Below are positions 8,827 to 17,280 of a DNA stretch of 49,785 nt, one piece after another. Source of the stretch: an uncultured Lentisphaeraceae bacterium (GTDB taxonomy: Bacteria > Verrucomicrobiota > Kiritimatiellia > RFP12 > UBA1067); NCBI GenBank assembly GCA_964650165.1, contig CAZYQF010000002.1, positions 1 to 49,785 of the forward strand, read 5' to 3'. The notes under the pieces were generated by a model. That model made no database searches. It was not told the DNA's origin and was given only the letters and a program-made list of their open reading frames with translations. The position numbers and the translations under genes are program-made. Every line of letters begins with the position of its first letter. The stretch's first letter is position 1.

Positions 8827-9902
8827 TTTATCATGTTTTTGTTTTTGAAAATGAACCGTTTCTGCGCCCAATAGCTGGCACAGAACAAAAAAGTCTCGAC
8901 AACGATCTTCACAACCGTGATGGCGAATCCCTTCGCGTCAAGGAGCGCCGAGAAACCTTCGGTCAAGACATAGCTTGCCCCGGCGATCGCCAGAACGAGC
9001 CCGAAGTAGCCGTAATAGCTCCGGTGCCGTCTCCTGGAGGACTTCTGGCGTTCGAAGACCACAAATCGGTTGTAGAAGTAGTTGAAATTCGAAGAGACGA
9101 GGCGGGCTATCGCGAGCGCGACCAGGATGTCTTCCCTCCGCGCTGTGTCACGGCCGGCCATGAACCAGAGGACTCCGGCGAAAAGTGCGTTGTCGAGGAC
9201 GAAACTCAGGACAGAGGAAAGGCAGAACTGGAGAAGCGAGCGGTAGATGCGGATCGTGTCGAGGAGCGGATTGAAGTGACTCGTCGCGTTTCCGTCGAGA
9301 TAGACGGTCTCGATGGGAATCTGAAGCGGACGTTCCTCATGATGCTTCGCGTCCGCCAGCATCGCCATCTCGTATTCGTAACGGTCGCCGGGAATTCGCG
9401 AAACGCGCGGCACGAGAGCTGCGGGAATTCCGCGAAGTCCCGTCTGCGTGTCGCGAATCATGAGTCCGGTCATCAGGAAGAAGAATCCGCGCGTCCACCA
9501 GTTGCCGAAACGGCTGCGGAACGGAACTTTCCCGGAGAAGGCGCGGACGCCGAGCACGAGGCCGTTGCGGCGGTCCGCGAGACCTTCCGCGATCCTCGCG
9601 ATATCCTCGGGAGTATGCTGCCCGTCCGCATCCGCGGTGATGACGTCGCCCGAATCTCCGATGTAGGCGAAGCCGGTCTTGAGCGCGGCGCCCTTGCCGC
9701 GGTTCTTCTCGTGAACCAGAATCTTCTCGACGTATTTCGCGGCCTCGGGAAAGATCTCGCGGCCGATGACAGACCCGTCGTCGACGAGAACAATGCGCGA
9801 AAAGCGCTCCTTTAGTTTCGAAAGGAGCGCCAGCAGTTTCTCATCGGGATTGTAGGCCGGGATGAGAATCGTCAGAGCGCGTTTTCCATCAGTGCATTCC
9901 AC
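8823..9902 (-). CDS. Family 2 glycosyltransferase fused to a C-terminal GtrA-like membrane domain (polyprenol-phosphate glycosyltransferase type)
   Basis: GT2 N-terminus LTILIPAYNPDEKLL...VLVDDGS...DADGQH. The C-terminal roughly 120 aa carry 4 TM segments in the GtrA style (FCLSSVLSFVLDNALF...). GTG start at 9902. Confidence 0.8.
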   Translation of the reverse strand: MECTDGKRALTILIPAYNPDEKLLALLSKLKERFSRIVLVDDGSVIGREIFPEAAKYVEKILVHEKNRGKGAALKTGFAYIGDSGDVITADADGQHTPEDIARIAEGLADRRNGLVLGVRAFSGKVPFRSRFGNWWTRGFFFLMTGLMIRDTQTGLRGIPAALVPRVSRIPGDRYEYEMAMLADAKHHEERPLQIPIETVYLDGNATSHFNPLLDTIRIYRSLLQFCLSSVLSFVLDNALFAGVLWFMAGRDTARREDILVALAIARLVSSNFNYFYNRFVVFERQKSSRRRHRSYYGYFGLVLAIAGASYVLTEGFSALLDAKGFAITVVKIVVETFLFCASYWAQKRFIFKNKNMIK

Positions 9903-10759
9903 TGACGTTCCTCCTCCATTTTCTTCGCCCAGGCTTCAAGGCGAAGGTAATCGATCCGGTTGCGGAACAGGTCGCGGAGAACCTCTTCAGGCAGAAAGCC
10001 CAGCCTGCCGGACCTCGCCGCTGATGCAAATGCGGAATATTCGGCGCTTTTCTTCATCGCCGCCGGAAGCTCGGTGACCAGGAGATCGATTGTCCCGCGG
10101 TCGCCGATCACCGACGAATAGCGACTGCCGAAGAAGATGTAGCCGCCCTTGCGGAGCGTCACCTCGATGTTGGCACGGTACTTGTTCAGTTTCGCAACCA
10201 TCAGGCGGACCTTTTCGTTCGACTTGAACTCGCCGTCCAGAGTGACCGTAACCGCCGGCTCGGGCGCGGGAGCCGCGGCCGCCGGACGGCGAGAGGGTTT
10301 CTTCTGCCCGACAGTCTTCTTCGGCGCGGGAGAATCGCTGAAAAGGTCGTCGAGGGAATCGTAGGACTCCGAGTCGGACGATTGCTCGGATCCGTCAGTC
10401 TCCTCTGAAGCATCCTGAGATGTCTCCTCCGAATCGGATGCCGGAGCCTCTGCAGGAGCGGTCTTTTCGATCTTCACGCCATCCTGGGTCTTGAGGAATT
10501 CAGACCATGGAATGACCTGTCCCGTAACCTGCTGTCCGTTGATCCGCATCGCCGTGCCGTAGCGCTCGACCTTGTAGGGAGGCTGTATGAAACGTCCGTT
10601 GATGAACACAAGCCCCTTCGAAAAGGGCTTCCCGACTGTTGCCTTGAGCTCTGTCAGAGCCTGCTTGGGAACAGGCTGGAACGCCGGTTGCCCCGGCTTC
10701 GCCTCGACTCCGCACAGCGCCATCGCCAACGTCAGAAAAAAAACCAACTTGTTCGTCAT
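9872..10759 (-). CDS. Hypothetical secreted protein with an acidic Ser/Asp/Glu-rich linker
   Basis: Signal peptide MTNKLVFFLTLAMALCGVEA from ATG 10759, with AAAGG upstream. Central SDSEETSQDASEETDGSEQSSDSESYDSLDD segment. No family recognised. Confidence 0.65.
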   Translation of the reverse strand: MTNKLVFFLTLAMALCGVEAKPGQPAFQPVPKQALTELKATVGKPFSKGLVFINGRFIQPPYKVERYGTAMRINGQQVTGQVIPWSEFLKTQDGVKIEKTAPAEAPASDSEETSQDASEETDGSEQSSDSESYDSLDDLFSDSPAPKKTVGQKKPSRRPAAAAPAPEPAVTVTLDGEFKSNEKVRLMVAKLNKYRANIEVTLRKGGYIFFGSRYSSVIGDRGTIDLLVTELPAAMKKSAEYSAFASAARSGRLGFLPEEVLRDLFRNRIDYLRLEAWAKKMEEERQWNALMENAL

Positions 10760-10939
10760 CTCGCCTTTCCAGTCTCCGTTCTCGAATCTCCGTTCGCTAA
10801 GAAAAAGTCCCGCATTGCCGTAACACAGAATCCCCGGAACCCGTCGTTCCAAAATTGAGGCTTGCGCCTCATCTTCAAATGTCGGTCGAAGAAATTTCTG
10901 CTGAATCCGCGTGCAACACAGGACCCACGTCGTTTGAAA

Positions 10940-13351
10940 TCAGTTTTCCCTCACTTCGATGCCGGCGGTCGCCTTGAGGGCTTCGACGATCCGCTGGAAG
11001 GCCTTTCCGACCTCTTCGTCCGTAAGTGTCTTCTCCGCCGAACGGAACTCAAGCGCGTAGGCGCGCGAGTTCTTGAAGACGTCGAAGAGCTCGATCTTGA
11101 CAAGGTCCTTTCCGGCGTTCTTGCGGATGACGCTCTCGACGAGCTCGTGCGTCACGGACTTGTCCGCCACGATCGCGATGTCGCGCCGCACGAGCGGGAA
11201 CTGCGGAACCGGAGAGACCCGGCCGAGTTCGTTCGTGCGCCTGAGGAGCATCTTGAGCTCGAGCTCGCAAATCACCATCTGCGTCGTCAGTCGGTAGGGA
11301 TGGCGCATCTTCGCGGAGAGCGCTCCCATGAGGCCGACCGGCTTGCCGTTCAGCCTGACCGCAAGCGCCGCGCCGCTGGCGAACGCCGGATGCTCTGCCG
11401 CGGCGAACTCGAGACGCCCCGCATGGAGCTTCGCGACGAGTTCCTCGATCGCTCCCTTCATCCACAGGACCGCCTCCTCTTCGGAAAGAGGGGCGCGCGT
11501 GCGGAGAGCTTCGCGCCCGACCGGTCCGACGAAGCCAAGCGACAGCATCTCCTTCTCGGTCGGAATGTCGCCCTTCGGAGTCCGGACGACGCCGAAAACC
11601 TTGCCGATCTCGAAGAGCATCGCGGTGTCGAGCTGGTGCGAGGCGTTGCGTCCGAGGCTGCCCATCATCTGCGGCAGCAGCGAATCGCGCATCACGCCGT
11701 AGTCGGCCGAGACGGGATCGGGAATCGCGAGACGTCCGCCCGGATTGCGGGCGTCGAAGTCGTCGAGCTCCCTCTTCGAGAGGAAGGAATAATGCATCGC
11801 CTCGGTGAAGCCGAGAGCGAGACAGAGCTCGCGCACGCGGCTCTTCGCGCGGAACGGCGCGTCGGAAAGCGTGGAAATCGACGGTGCGGACGGCATCGTG
11901 TCCGGAATGTTGTCGAGGCCGTTGAGACGCGCGATCTCTTCGACGAGATCGGCCTCCAGCTCGAGATCCCAGCGCCAGGACGGGATGCCGAAGACCGCGC
12001 CCTTGCCGTCGGAAGACTTCACGACGAGCCCGAGCGCGACGAGGATCGCGACCATCCGGTCGTTCTCCAGCGGAATGCCGATCAGCTTGCGGGCACGGTC
12101 GAAATCAAGCGCGACGTCCGGATTGAGCGGCTTGGTTCGCGCATCGGCGTCGACAAGCCCCTTCGCGACCTTGGCCGCGCCGTGCTTCTGCAGCAGGTGC
12201 GCCGCGCGGCGCGAGGCGAAGTCCGCCAGATCCTTGTCCACGCCGCGGATGTAACGGTAGGCGGACTCGCTCGCAAGTCCCAGCTTCGTCGCAGTGAACT
12301 TGGTCGAGGCCGGTTCGAAGAGCGCGCTCTCGAGCAGGACGGACTTCGTCCCCTCGGCGATGCCGCTCTCCTCGCCGCCCATGATGCCGGCGACGGCGGT
12401 CGGACGTCTGGCGTCGCAAATCATCAGCATCGACGGATCCAGCTGGCGCTCGACGCCGTCGAGCGTCTTCATCGTCTCGCCCTCCCTTGCGTCGCGGACG
12501 ACGATCGTGCGGTCGGCGAGTTTGGTGTAGTCGAAGGCATGCATCGGCTGCCCGAGCTCGAGCATCACGTAGTTGGTGACGTCGACGCAAAGTCCGAGAC
12601 TCCTCACGCCGCAGAGCTCCAGGCGTTTCGCCATCAGCTCGGGCGAAGGGCCGTCCTTGACCTCGGTCACGACGCGCGCGGTGTAGCGCAGGCACTTCGC
12701 CGGATCCTCGACCACGACCTTGACCTCGTCGTTGACGTCCGTCTCGCATTCGGTGAAATCAACCGCGGGGAGCTTCACCTCGCGTCCGAGGATCGCGCCG
12801 TACTCGCGGGCGATGCCCACGACGGACAGCGCGTCGGGACGGTTCCAGGTGACCTCGATGTCGAAGACGGTGTCGGGCTTCTCGAGCTGCGCGATGTCAC
12901 GGACCAAAGCGCCCGTCGGTGTCTCGGCCGGATACTCGATGATTCCGTCCGCGCCCGCGCCGATGCGGAGCTCCTTCTCGGAACAGCACATCCCGAACGA
13001 CTCGACGCCGCGGAGCTTGCCCCTCTTGATCTTGAATTCGCCCTCGGGAATGAGCGCGCCGATCTTGGCAAACGCCGTCTTGATGCCCCGGCGCATGTTC
13101 GGCGCCCCGCAGACGACCTGAAACGTCTCCTGTCCGTCCGTCACCTTGCACACGTGCAGGTGGTCGCTGTCCGGATGCGCCTCGCACGCGAGGACCTCCG
13201 CGACGACGATGAGGTCGGACAGCGGATTGCCTCCGACGGTCTCGACGGATTCGACCTGCAGGCCCGCGCGAGTCAGCTTCTCTGCAAGTTCCTTCGGCTC
13301 GATGTCGTCGACCTTGACGTAATCATTCAGCCAACTGAGCGGGATCTTCAT
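10940..13351 (-). CDS. pheT: Phenylalanine--tRNA ligase beta subunit PheT
   Basis: MKIPLSWLNDYVKVD N-terminus, tRNA-binding domain, B3/4 and B5 domains, and a C-terminal FDX-ACB domain (ALEFRSAEKTLTDEEV). Start at ATG 13351. The track start at 13675 lies inside the upstream gene. Confidence 0.92.
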   Translation of the reverse strand: MKIPLSWLNDYVKVDDIEPKELAEKLTRAGLQVESVETVGGNPLSDLIVVAEVLACEAHPDSDHLHVCKVTDGQETFQVVCGAPNMRRGIKTAFAKIGALIPEGEFKIKRGKLRGVESFGMCCSEKELRIGAGADGIIEYPAETPTGALVRDIAQLEKPDTVFDIEVTWNRPDALSVVGIAREYGAILGREVKLPAVDFTECETDVNDEVKVVVEDPAKCLRYTARVVTEVKDGPSPELMAKRLELCGVRSLGLCVDVTNYVMLELGQPMHAFDYTKLADRTIVVRDAREGETMKTLDGVERQLDPSMLMICDARRPTAVAGIMGGEESGIAEGTKSVLLESALFEPASTKFTATKLGLASESAYRYIRGVDKDLADFASRRAAHLLQKHGAAKVAKGLVDADARTKPLNPDVALDFDRARKLIGIPLENDRMVAILVALGLVVKSSDGKGAVFGIPSWRWDLELEADLVEEIARLNGLDNIPDTMPSAPSISTLSDAPFRAKSRVRELCLALGFTEAMHYSFLSKRELDDFDARNPGGRLAIPDPVSADYGVMRDSLLPQMMGSLGRNASHQLDTAMLFEIGKVFGVVRTPKGDIPTEKEMLSLGFVGPVGREALRTRAPLSEEEAVLWMKGAIEELVAKLHAGRLEFAAAEHPAFASGAALAVRLNGKPVGLMGALSAKMRHPYRLTTQMVICELELKMLLRRTNELGRVSPVPQFPLVRRDIAIVADKSVTHELVESVIRKNAGKDLVKIELFDVFKNSRAYALEFRSAEKTLTDEEVGKAFQRIVEALKATAGIEVREN

Positions 13352-14771
13352 TCTTCGGCTCTTCCTTCTTTGCTTCGACGGGCGTCGGCTCCTCTGCCGG
13401 CTTCTGCTCTTCGGCCGGCTTCGGTTCCTCGGCCGGCTTCCTGTCTTCAACCGGCTTCTTGCCGCGCTTCTGCCACTGCGGACCGTACTTCGGAAACTTC
13501 TCGACGGCGGAATAGACGCCGTTCGTGAAAGACACCACGTGTCCGGTGGAAACCAGCCAGTTGAGGTGCTTCTCGGACTCTTCGTCCTTGACGATGTCCA
13601 CCTTGGGAGAGCACGGATTCTCCATGACGAACTTGGCGACCGCAGCCAGCTCGGGGATGGCGTGCTCGGCGTCAAACGCCTTGAGCTCGACGCCGGTCAC
13701 GAACTCCGGACCGTGCGCGTCGTTGGCGCGGAAAAAATGCATCTTGCGGTGATGAAACGCGCCGCGAAGCGCAAAGCACATGTCGTAGGGGGCTCGACGC
13801 TCCCTCTCGAGCGCGTCCTTCACGGCCCACTGAAGCGGTTTGACCGGGCTCTTCATCGCGACATCGGCGGTAATCATCAGATGCTTGGGCTTCTCGACAA
13901 GCGACGGCAGGATCGTCCGGCGGAACTCGCCTTCGGCCTGCTCGCGCGACAACGTCGCGATGCCCTCGGCCTCCGCCTGGCCTTTCGGCACGAAGACGGT
14001 CTTCTTTACGGCTCCCGTGCGCCAAGCCTCGATCGTCTCGGCGTTGCGGACCATCTCGATGCGCGCGCGGTACTCGGCCTCGGGCATGTCGGGATAGCGC
14101 GTGCGGATCATCTCGCGGACGATCGCGTTGAATTCGTTGATGTTCGGCGGCCCGAGAAGGACGCCGGAAAGCCCGCACTTCGCCACACAGCTGAAATTTC
14201 CCGTCGGCGGCTCGGTCTCGATTTCCTTCGAATCGTAGTAGTCCGCGAGATGCGAGGCGAGCGCATGCTGCACGACGTCCTCCTCGGAGGTCGACGCGAA
14301 ACCGCATGCCTTGCATTGGAAGAACGTTCCGTCGGATGCCGGACCTTCGGAGGCCTGCGCACCTGCGCGCGGGGACACCTTCAGGAGAACGGACTGCGGA
14401 TTGTCCAGGAAGAAATACGCGAGATCCTTCAGCTTGTAGGCGTGGACGTCCTGCTGCAGCTTGCGGATGATCGTGCCGAGCGCCTTCGTCTCCGGCAGCA
14501 CCTTGATTTCCGCATCCAGCGGACGAAGTTGCTCCCGCGGCACGAACGGCTTGCGGTCGAACGACGGGCGTCCGAACGGCTTCTTGACGAAAGGCTTGCC
14601 TCCGAACGGCTTGCCGTCGCCTCGGGGCTTTCGGCCTGCCGGATCGTCGAACTTGCGTTCGGGACGGACTTTTCCAACGCTGACACCAGCGTCCTTCTTG
14701 GCCCAATCCGGGGTAAAGTCAAAGGACCCCAACGACCCGAGGTTGAGCTTAGATGATTCTTCCTGTTCCAT
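13323..14771 (-). CDS. Uncharacterised protein with a basic KPF-repeat N-terminus, a C2H2 zinc-finger-like motif and a KPAEE-repeat C-terminus
   Basis: The 482-aa ORF has good coding character. FQCKACGFASTSEEDVVQHALASH matches C-x2-C-x12-H-x4-H. N-terminus KPFGGKPFVKKPFGRPSFDRKPF. C-terminus KPAEEPKPAEEQKPAEEP. The ATG at 14771 is preceded by a TTTGATATAAT promoter. Confidence 0.7.
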   Translation of the reverse strand: MEQEESSKLNLGSLGSFDFTPDWAKKDAGVSVGKVRPERKFDDPAGRKPRGDGKPFGGKPFVKKPFGRPSFDRKPFVPREQLRPLDAEIKVLPETKALGTIIRKLQQDVHAYKLKDLAYFFLDNPQSVLLKVSPRAGAQASEGPASDGTFFQCKACGFASTSEEDVVQHALASHLADYYDSKEIETEPPTGNFSCVAKCGLSGVLLGPPNINEFNAIVREMIRTRYPDMPEAEYRARIEMVRNAETIEAWRTGAVKKTVFVPKGQAEAEGIATLSREQAEGEFRRTILPSLVEKPKHLMITADVAMKSPVKPLQWAVKDALERERRAPYDMCFALRGAFHHRKMHFFRANDAHGPEFVTGVELKAFDAEHAIPELAAVAKFVMENPCSPKVDIVKDEESEKHLNWLVSTGHVVSFTNGVYSAVEKFPKYGPQWQKRGKKPVEDRKPAEEPKPAEEQKPAEEPTPVEAKKEEPKNEDPAQLAE

Positions 14772-15744
14772 AGGCTGAAATTATATCAAATATCTCAGTT
14801 AAGGTGCGAACCGAATTTAGCCGCGCACGGAGCGCCGCAGCCCCTGGTTTTCCGCTAAAATACCGAAAAAGATGGACGTGCATCTTCACACTTGCATACC
14901 CGTCCTCTCCAGGGATGTGGTCATGCGGAAATTTCTGCACCAGCTGCTTCCTGAAGTCCAGCAGATATTTCAGGTGCCGCAGACAAAGACGGGCCGAATC
15001 GTCTAACTTCTCCAAGCCCTCGAAACCTTCTAAACCTCTTAACCCGTCTAAACCTTCTTCTCGCCCCTTCAACCTCCCGAATATCCCCGGCTCAGTCAGG
15101 GCTGCCCGTCCGATCATGATGGCCGACACGCCCGTCTCAGCCATCGCCGCCGCGGTCCTTGCGTCGACCACGCTGCCGTTTCCGGTCACGGGCAGTTTGG
15201 ACTTCGTGACGACTTCCTTGAGCCTGTCAAGGTGGACCGGACCTCCGTGCATCTGACTCGTATAGCGTGCATGGACGGTGATTCCCTTCGCGCCGGCCTT
15301 TTCGGCCGCGTCGAGGATTTCGAAGATGTTGGTCTTTTGAGGATGGGGTCCGAGGCGCGTCTTGAGTGTCACCGGAATGTCGGTGTTCTCGGTCATCGCC
15401 TTGAGGAGGCGACGAATCTTCTCCGGATCCTCCACGAGCTTCGCGCCCGCGCCGCAGCGCGTGACCTTGGTCATCGGGCATCCGGCATTGAGGTTGATTT
15501 CGGAGAAGCCCTCCATCTCGCGGACGGAGAGCGCGAGCTCGTCCTCCTTGGCTCCGAAGAGCTGAACCGCGACGGGACCCTCGCCAGGCATCGTTTCCAT
15601 GAGGTGCCGCGTCGGCGAGGAGCCGTGGGCGAGACCCGCCGCGGAGACCATCTCGGTATAGACGAGGTCGGCGCCGCCTTCGTGGCAGAGGCGGCGGAAC
15701 GGAGCGTCCGTGAAACCGGCGAGCGGAGCGAGGACGTACTTCAT
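14749..15744 (-). CDS. tRNA-dihydrouridine synthase (Dus family)
   Basis: LAPLAGFTDAPFRRLC, VQLFG, INLNAGCPMTKV, PVTLKTRLG and TVHARY motifs. ATG 15744 forms an ATGA overlap with the upstream stop. Confidence 0.88.
   Translation of the reverse strand: MKYVLAPLAGFTDAPFRRLCHEGGADLVYTEMVSAAGLAHGSSPTRHLMETMPGEGPVAVQLFGAKEDELALSVREMEGFSEINLNAGCPMTKVTRCGAGAKLVEDPEKIRRLLKAMTENTDIPVTLKTRLGPHPQKTNIFEILDAAEKAGAKGITVHARYTSQMHGGPVHLDRLKEVVTKSKLPVTGNGSVVDARTAAAMAETGVSAIMIGRAALTEPGIFGRLKGREEGLDGLRGLEGFEGLEKLDDSARLCLRHLKYLLDFRKQLVQKFPHDHIPGEDGYASVKMHVHLFRYFSGKPGAAALRARLNSVRTLTEIFDIISAYGTGRII
14780..14789 (-). promoter_or_regulatory. Extended -10 promoter TTGATATAAT, 8 nt upstream of the ATG at 14771, embedded in dus codons
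   Basis: Minus strand reads ATATTTGATATAATTTCAGCCT-ATG. The motif encodes F-D-I-I of the Dus C-terminus. There is no SD before the ATG. Confidence 0.5.
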
Positions 15745-17273
15745 TTCACCTGCAGCTGGGGATTCAGCGCCGGATCCGAATACGCGGCGTCCGGGTTCTG
15801 CACAAAAAAAGAGACGAAGCTCGGCGCGCCCCAGCCGGATGTTCCGTTCTTCGCGAACACCGCGATGTCGAGTCGGTTGGTGAGCGCCGCGCGCTCCAGC
15901 TCGACCAGGACGGACCTCCCGTCCTTGTGCGTCAGCCGCACTGCAGAGGTATCGCCGTGAACGACTCGGAACGCATAGTCCTTTCCGCCGTCGGCCTGCA
16001 GGAGGAAGGCCCTCTTCTCCGCCGGAGCCCGGAGAACAAACGCCGAGGCGCAGGCAGTCGCGTAGGTGCACTCGGGCCAGGCGGAGGGATTGTCCGTCTT
16101 CTCCATCGCGACGCGAACGATCGCAACCGGCGGAATCTCGTCAAGCTTCAGCTCCGAGGCGAGACGACTGACCTTCGCGAGGTCGAGTCCGTTGGGCGGA
16201 AACGCGGTCGGATGCGCCTTGGGCCCGAGATAGTCCTCGTCAGTCATCACGCCCTTGAGCGACTTGCGGAGCACGGACTGGATTGTCGGTGCGAGAAGTC
16301 CGCGCAGGACCAGCAGCCGCTTCACCGCAGGCTTGAACGAGCGGCTCGCCTCGAGCGCCGCGCGGAGATAGTACTGGTCGCTCCAGCTGGCGCCTTGCGT
16401 CGCGATCCAGTAGGGCGTGACGGACGCGAAGCAGTCGCGGTTCGTTCCGCCCGGATTGAAGTCGTTGACCGCAGGGAACACCCAGGTCTGGTTGGAGAGG
16501 TAGAACCGGCTCATGGCCTGAAGCCGCGCCGCGTCCGTCGTCATCAGCGCGCGGGGAATCGACCGCCAGTACACAGGATGCAGGTAGGCGCGGCTGCAGT
16601 TTCCGAACACCGGATAGGGAAAGATCAAGTTGGGGAAATCGAGATCCATCCCGCGCTGGCGTCCCCCGAGATCGAGCTTCACCTCGGTCAGTCCCGGCCA
16701 GTTGGTGACGGCCAGCATCGAATGCGCGGCGTCTCGGTTCATGTAGAGGTCGCCGTCGTTGCCGTCGCCTTTGCCAGGCGCGAGGACCAGCCGGGCCTCG
16801 AAGCAGCCGAGGTCGAAATTCCACGCCAGGTTCTGCTCGCCGAGCACAACCGACTTCCCCGTCACTCCGGTCGCGGGCACGCTGGCGAGCGGGCCGAGCA
16901 GGATCGGACGGTCCTTGGTCTCCTTCGCGTAGCCGACAAGCTCCCTGAAACGGGGATTCTTCGCGAGGCGACGGAGGTCATTGTCGTTCGCAATCGCATC
17001 GGCGTCGCGGAATCCGAGATCGATTGCCTTCTCGAGCTGATCGAGCGCCGCGTTCGGATCCTGCCGATACGAAAGCGCGCAGGCGAGGTTGTAGGCCCAG
17101 GTCGGATCGTCCGGCAGGAGCTCGGCTCCCTTCTGACAGGCCTCGTACATCTTCTGCGTCTCGCCCGCACGGACAGCCTGCACCATCTGCGACTTCAGCT
17201 GGAGATGCTGCGGATGCCGGGCCGGATAGTCCCAGATCGAGAGGAGCGCGAAGAAGACGCAGATCGCATGCAT
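15741..17273 (-). CDS. Hypothetical protein with an N-terminal TPR-like region and a large unknown domain
   Basis: The 510-aa ORF has a hydrophobic N-terminus MHAICVFFALLSIW. TPR-like segment YNLACALSYRQDPNAALDQLEKAIDLGF. I cannot place the remainder in a family. Confidence 0.7.
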   Translation of the reverse strand: MHAICVFFALLSIWDYPARHPQHLQLKSQMVQAVRAGETQKMYEACQKGAELLPDDPTWAYNLACALSYRQDPNAALDQLEKAIDLGFRDADAIANDNDLRRLAKNPRFRELVGYAKETKDRPILLGPLASVPATGVTGKSVVLGEQNLAWNFDLGCFEARLVLAPGKGDGNDGDLYMNRDAAHSMLAVTNWPGLTEVKLDLGGRQRGMDLDFPNLIFPYPVFGNCSRAYLHPVYWRSIPRALMTTDAARLQAMSRFYLSNQTWVFPAVNDFNPGGTNRDCFASVTPYWIATQGASWSDQYYLRAALEASRSFKPAVKRLLVLRGLLAPTIQSVLRKSLKGVMTDEDYLGPKAHPTAFPPNGLDLAKVSRLASELKLDEIPPVAIVRVAMEKTDNPSAWPECTYATACASAFVLRAPAEKRAFLLQADGGKDYAFRVVHGDTSAVRLTHKDGRSVLVELERAALTNRLDIAVFAKNGTSGWGAPSFVSFFVQNPDAAYSDPALNPQLQVK

Positions 17274-17280
17274 GCGAAAG

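Noticed and set aside
10851-10870. Hairpin GAGGC-TTGC-GCCTC followed by AATTTT on the minus strand, considered as a pheT terminator.
   Set aside because: The stem is only 5 bp, the T-tract is short and interrupted, and it lies 70 nt after the stop. That is too weak to call.
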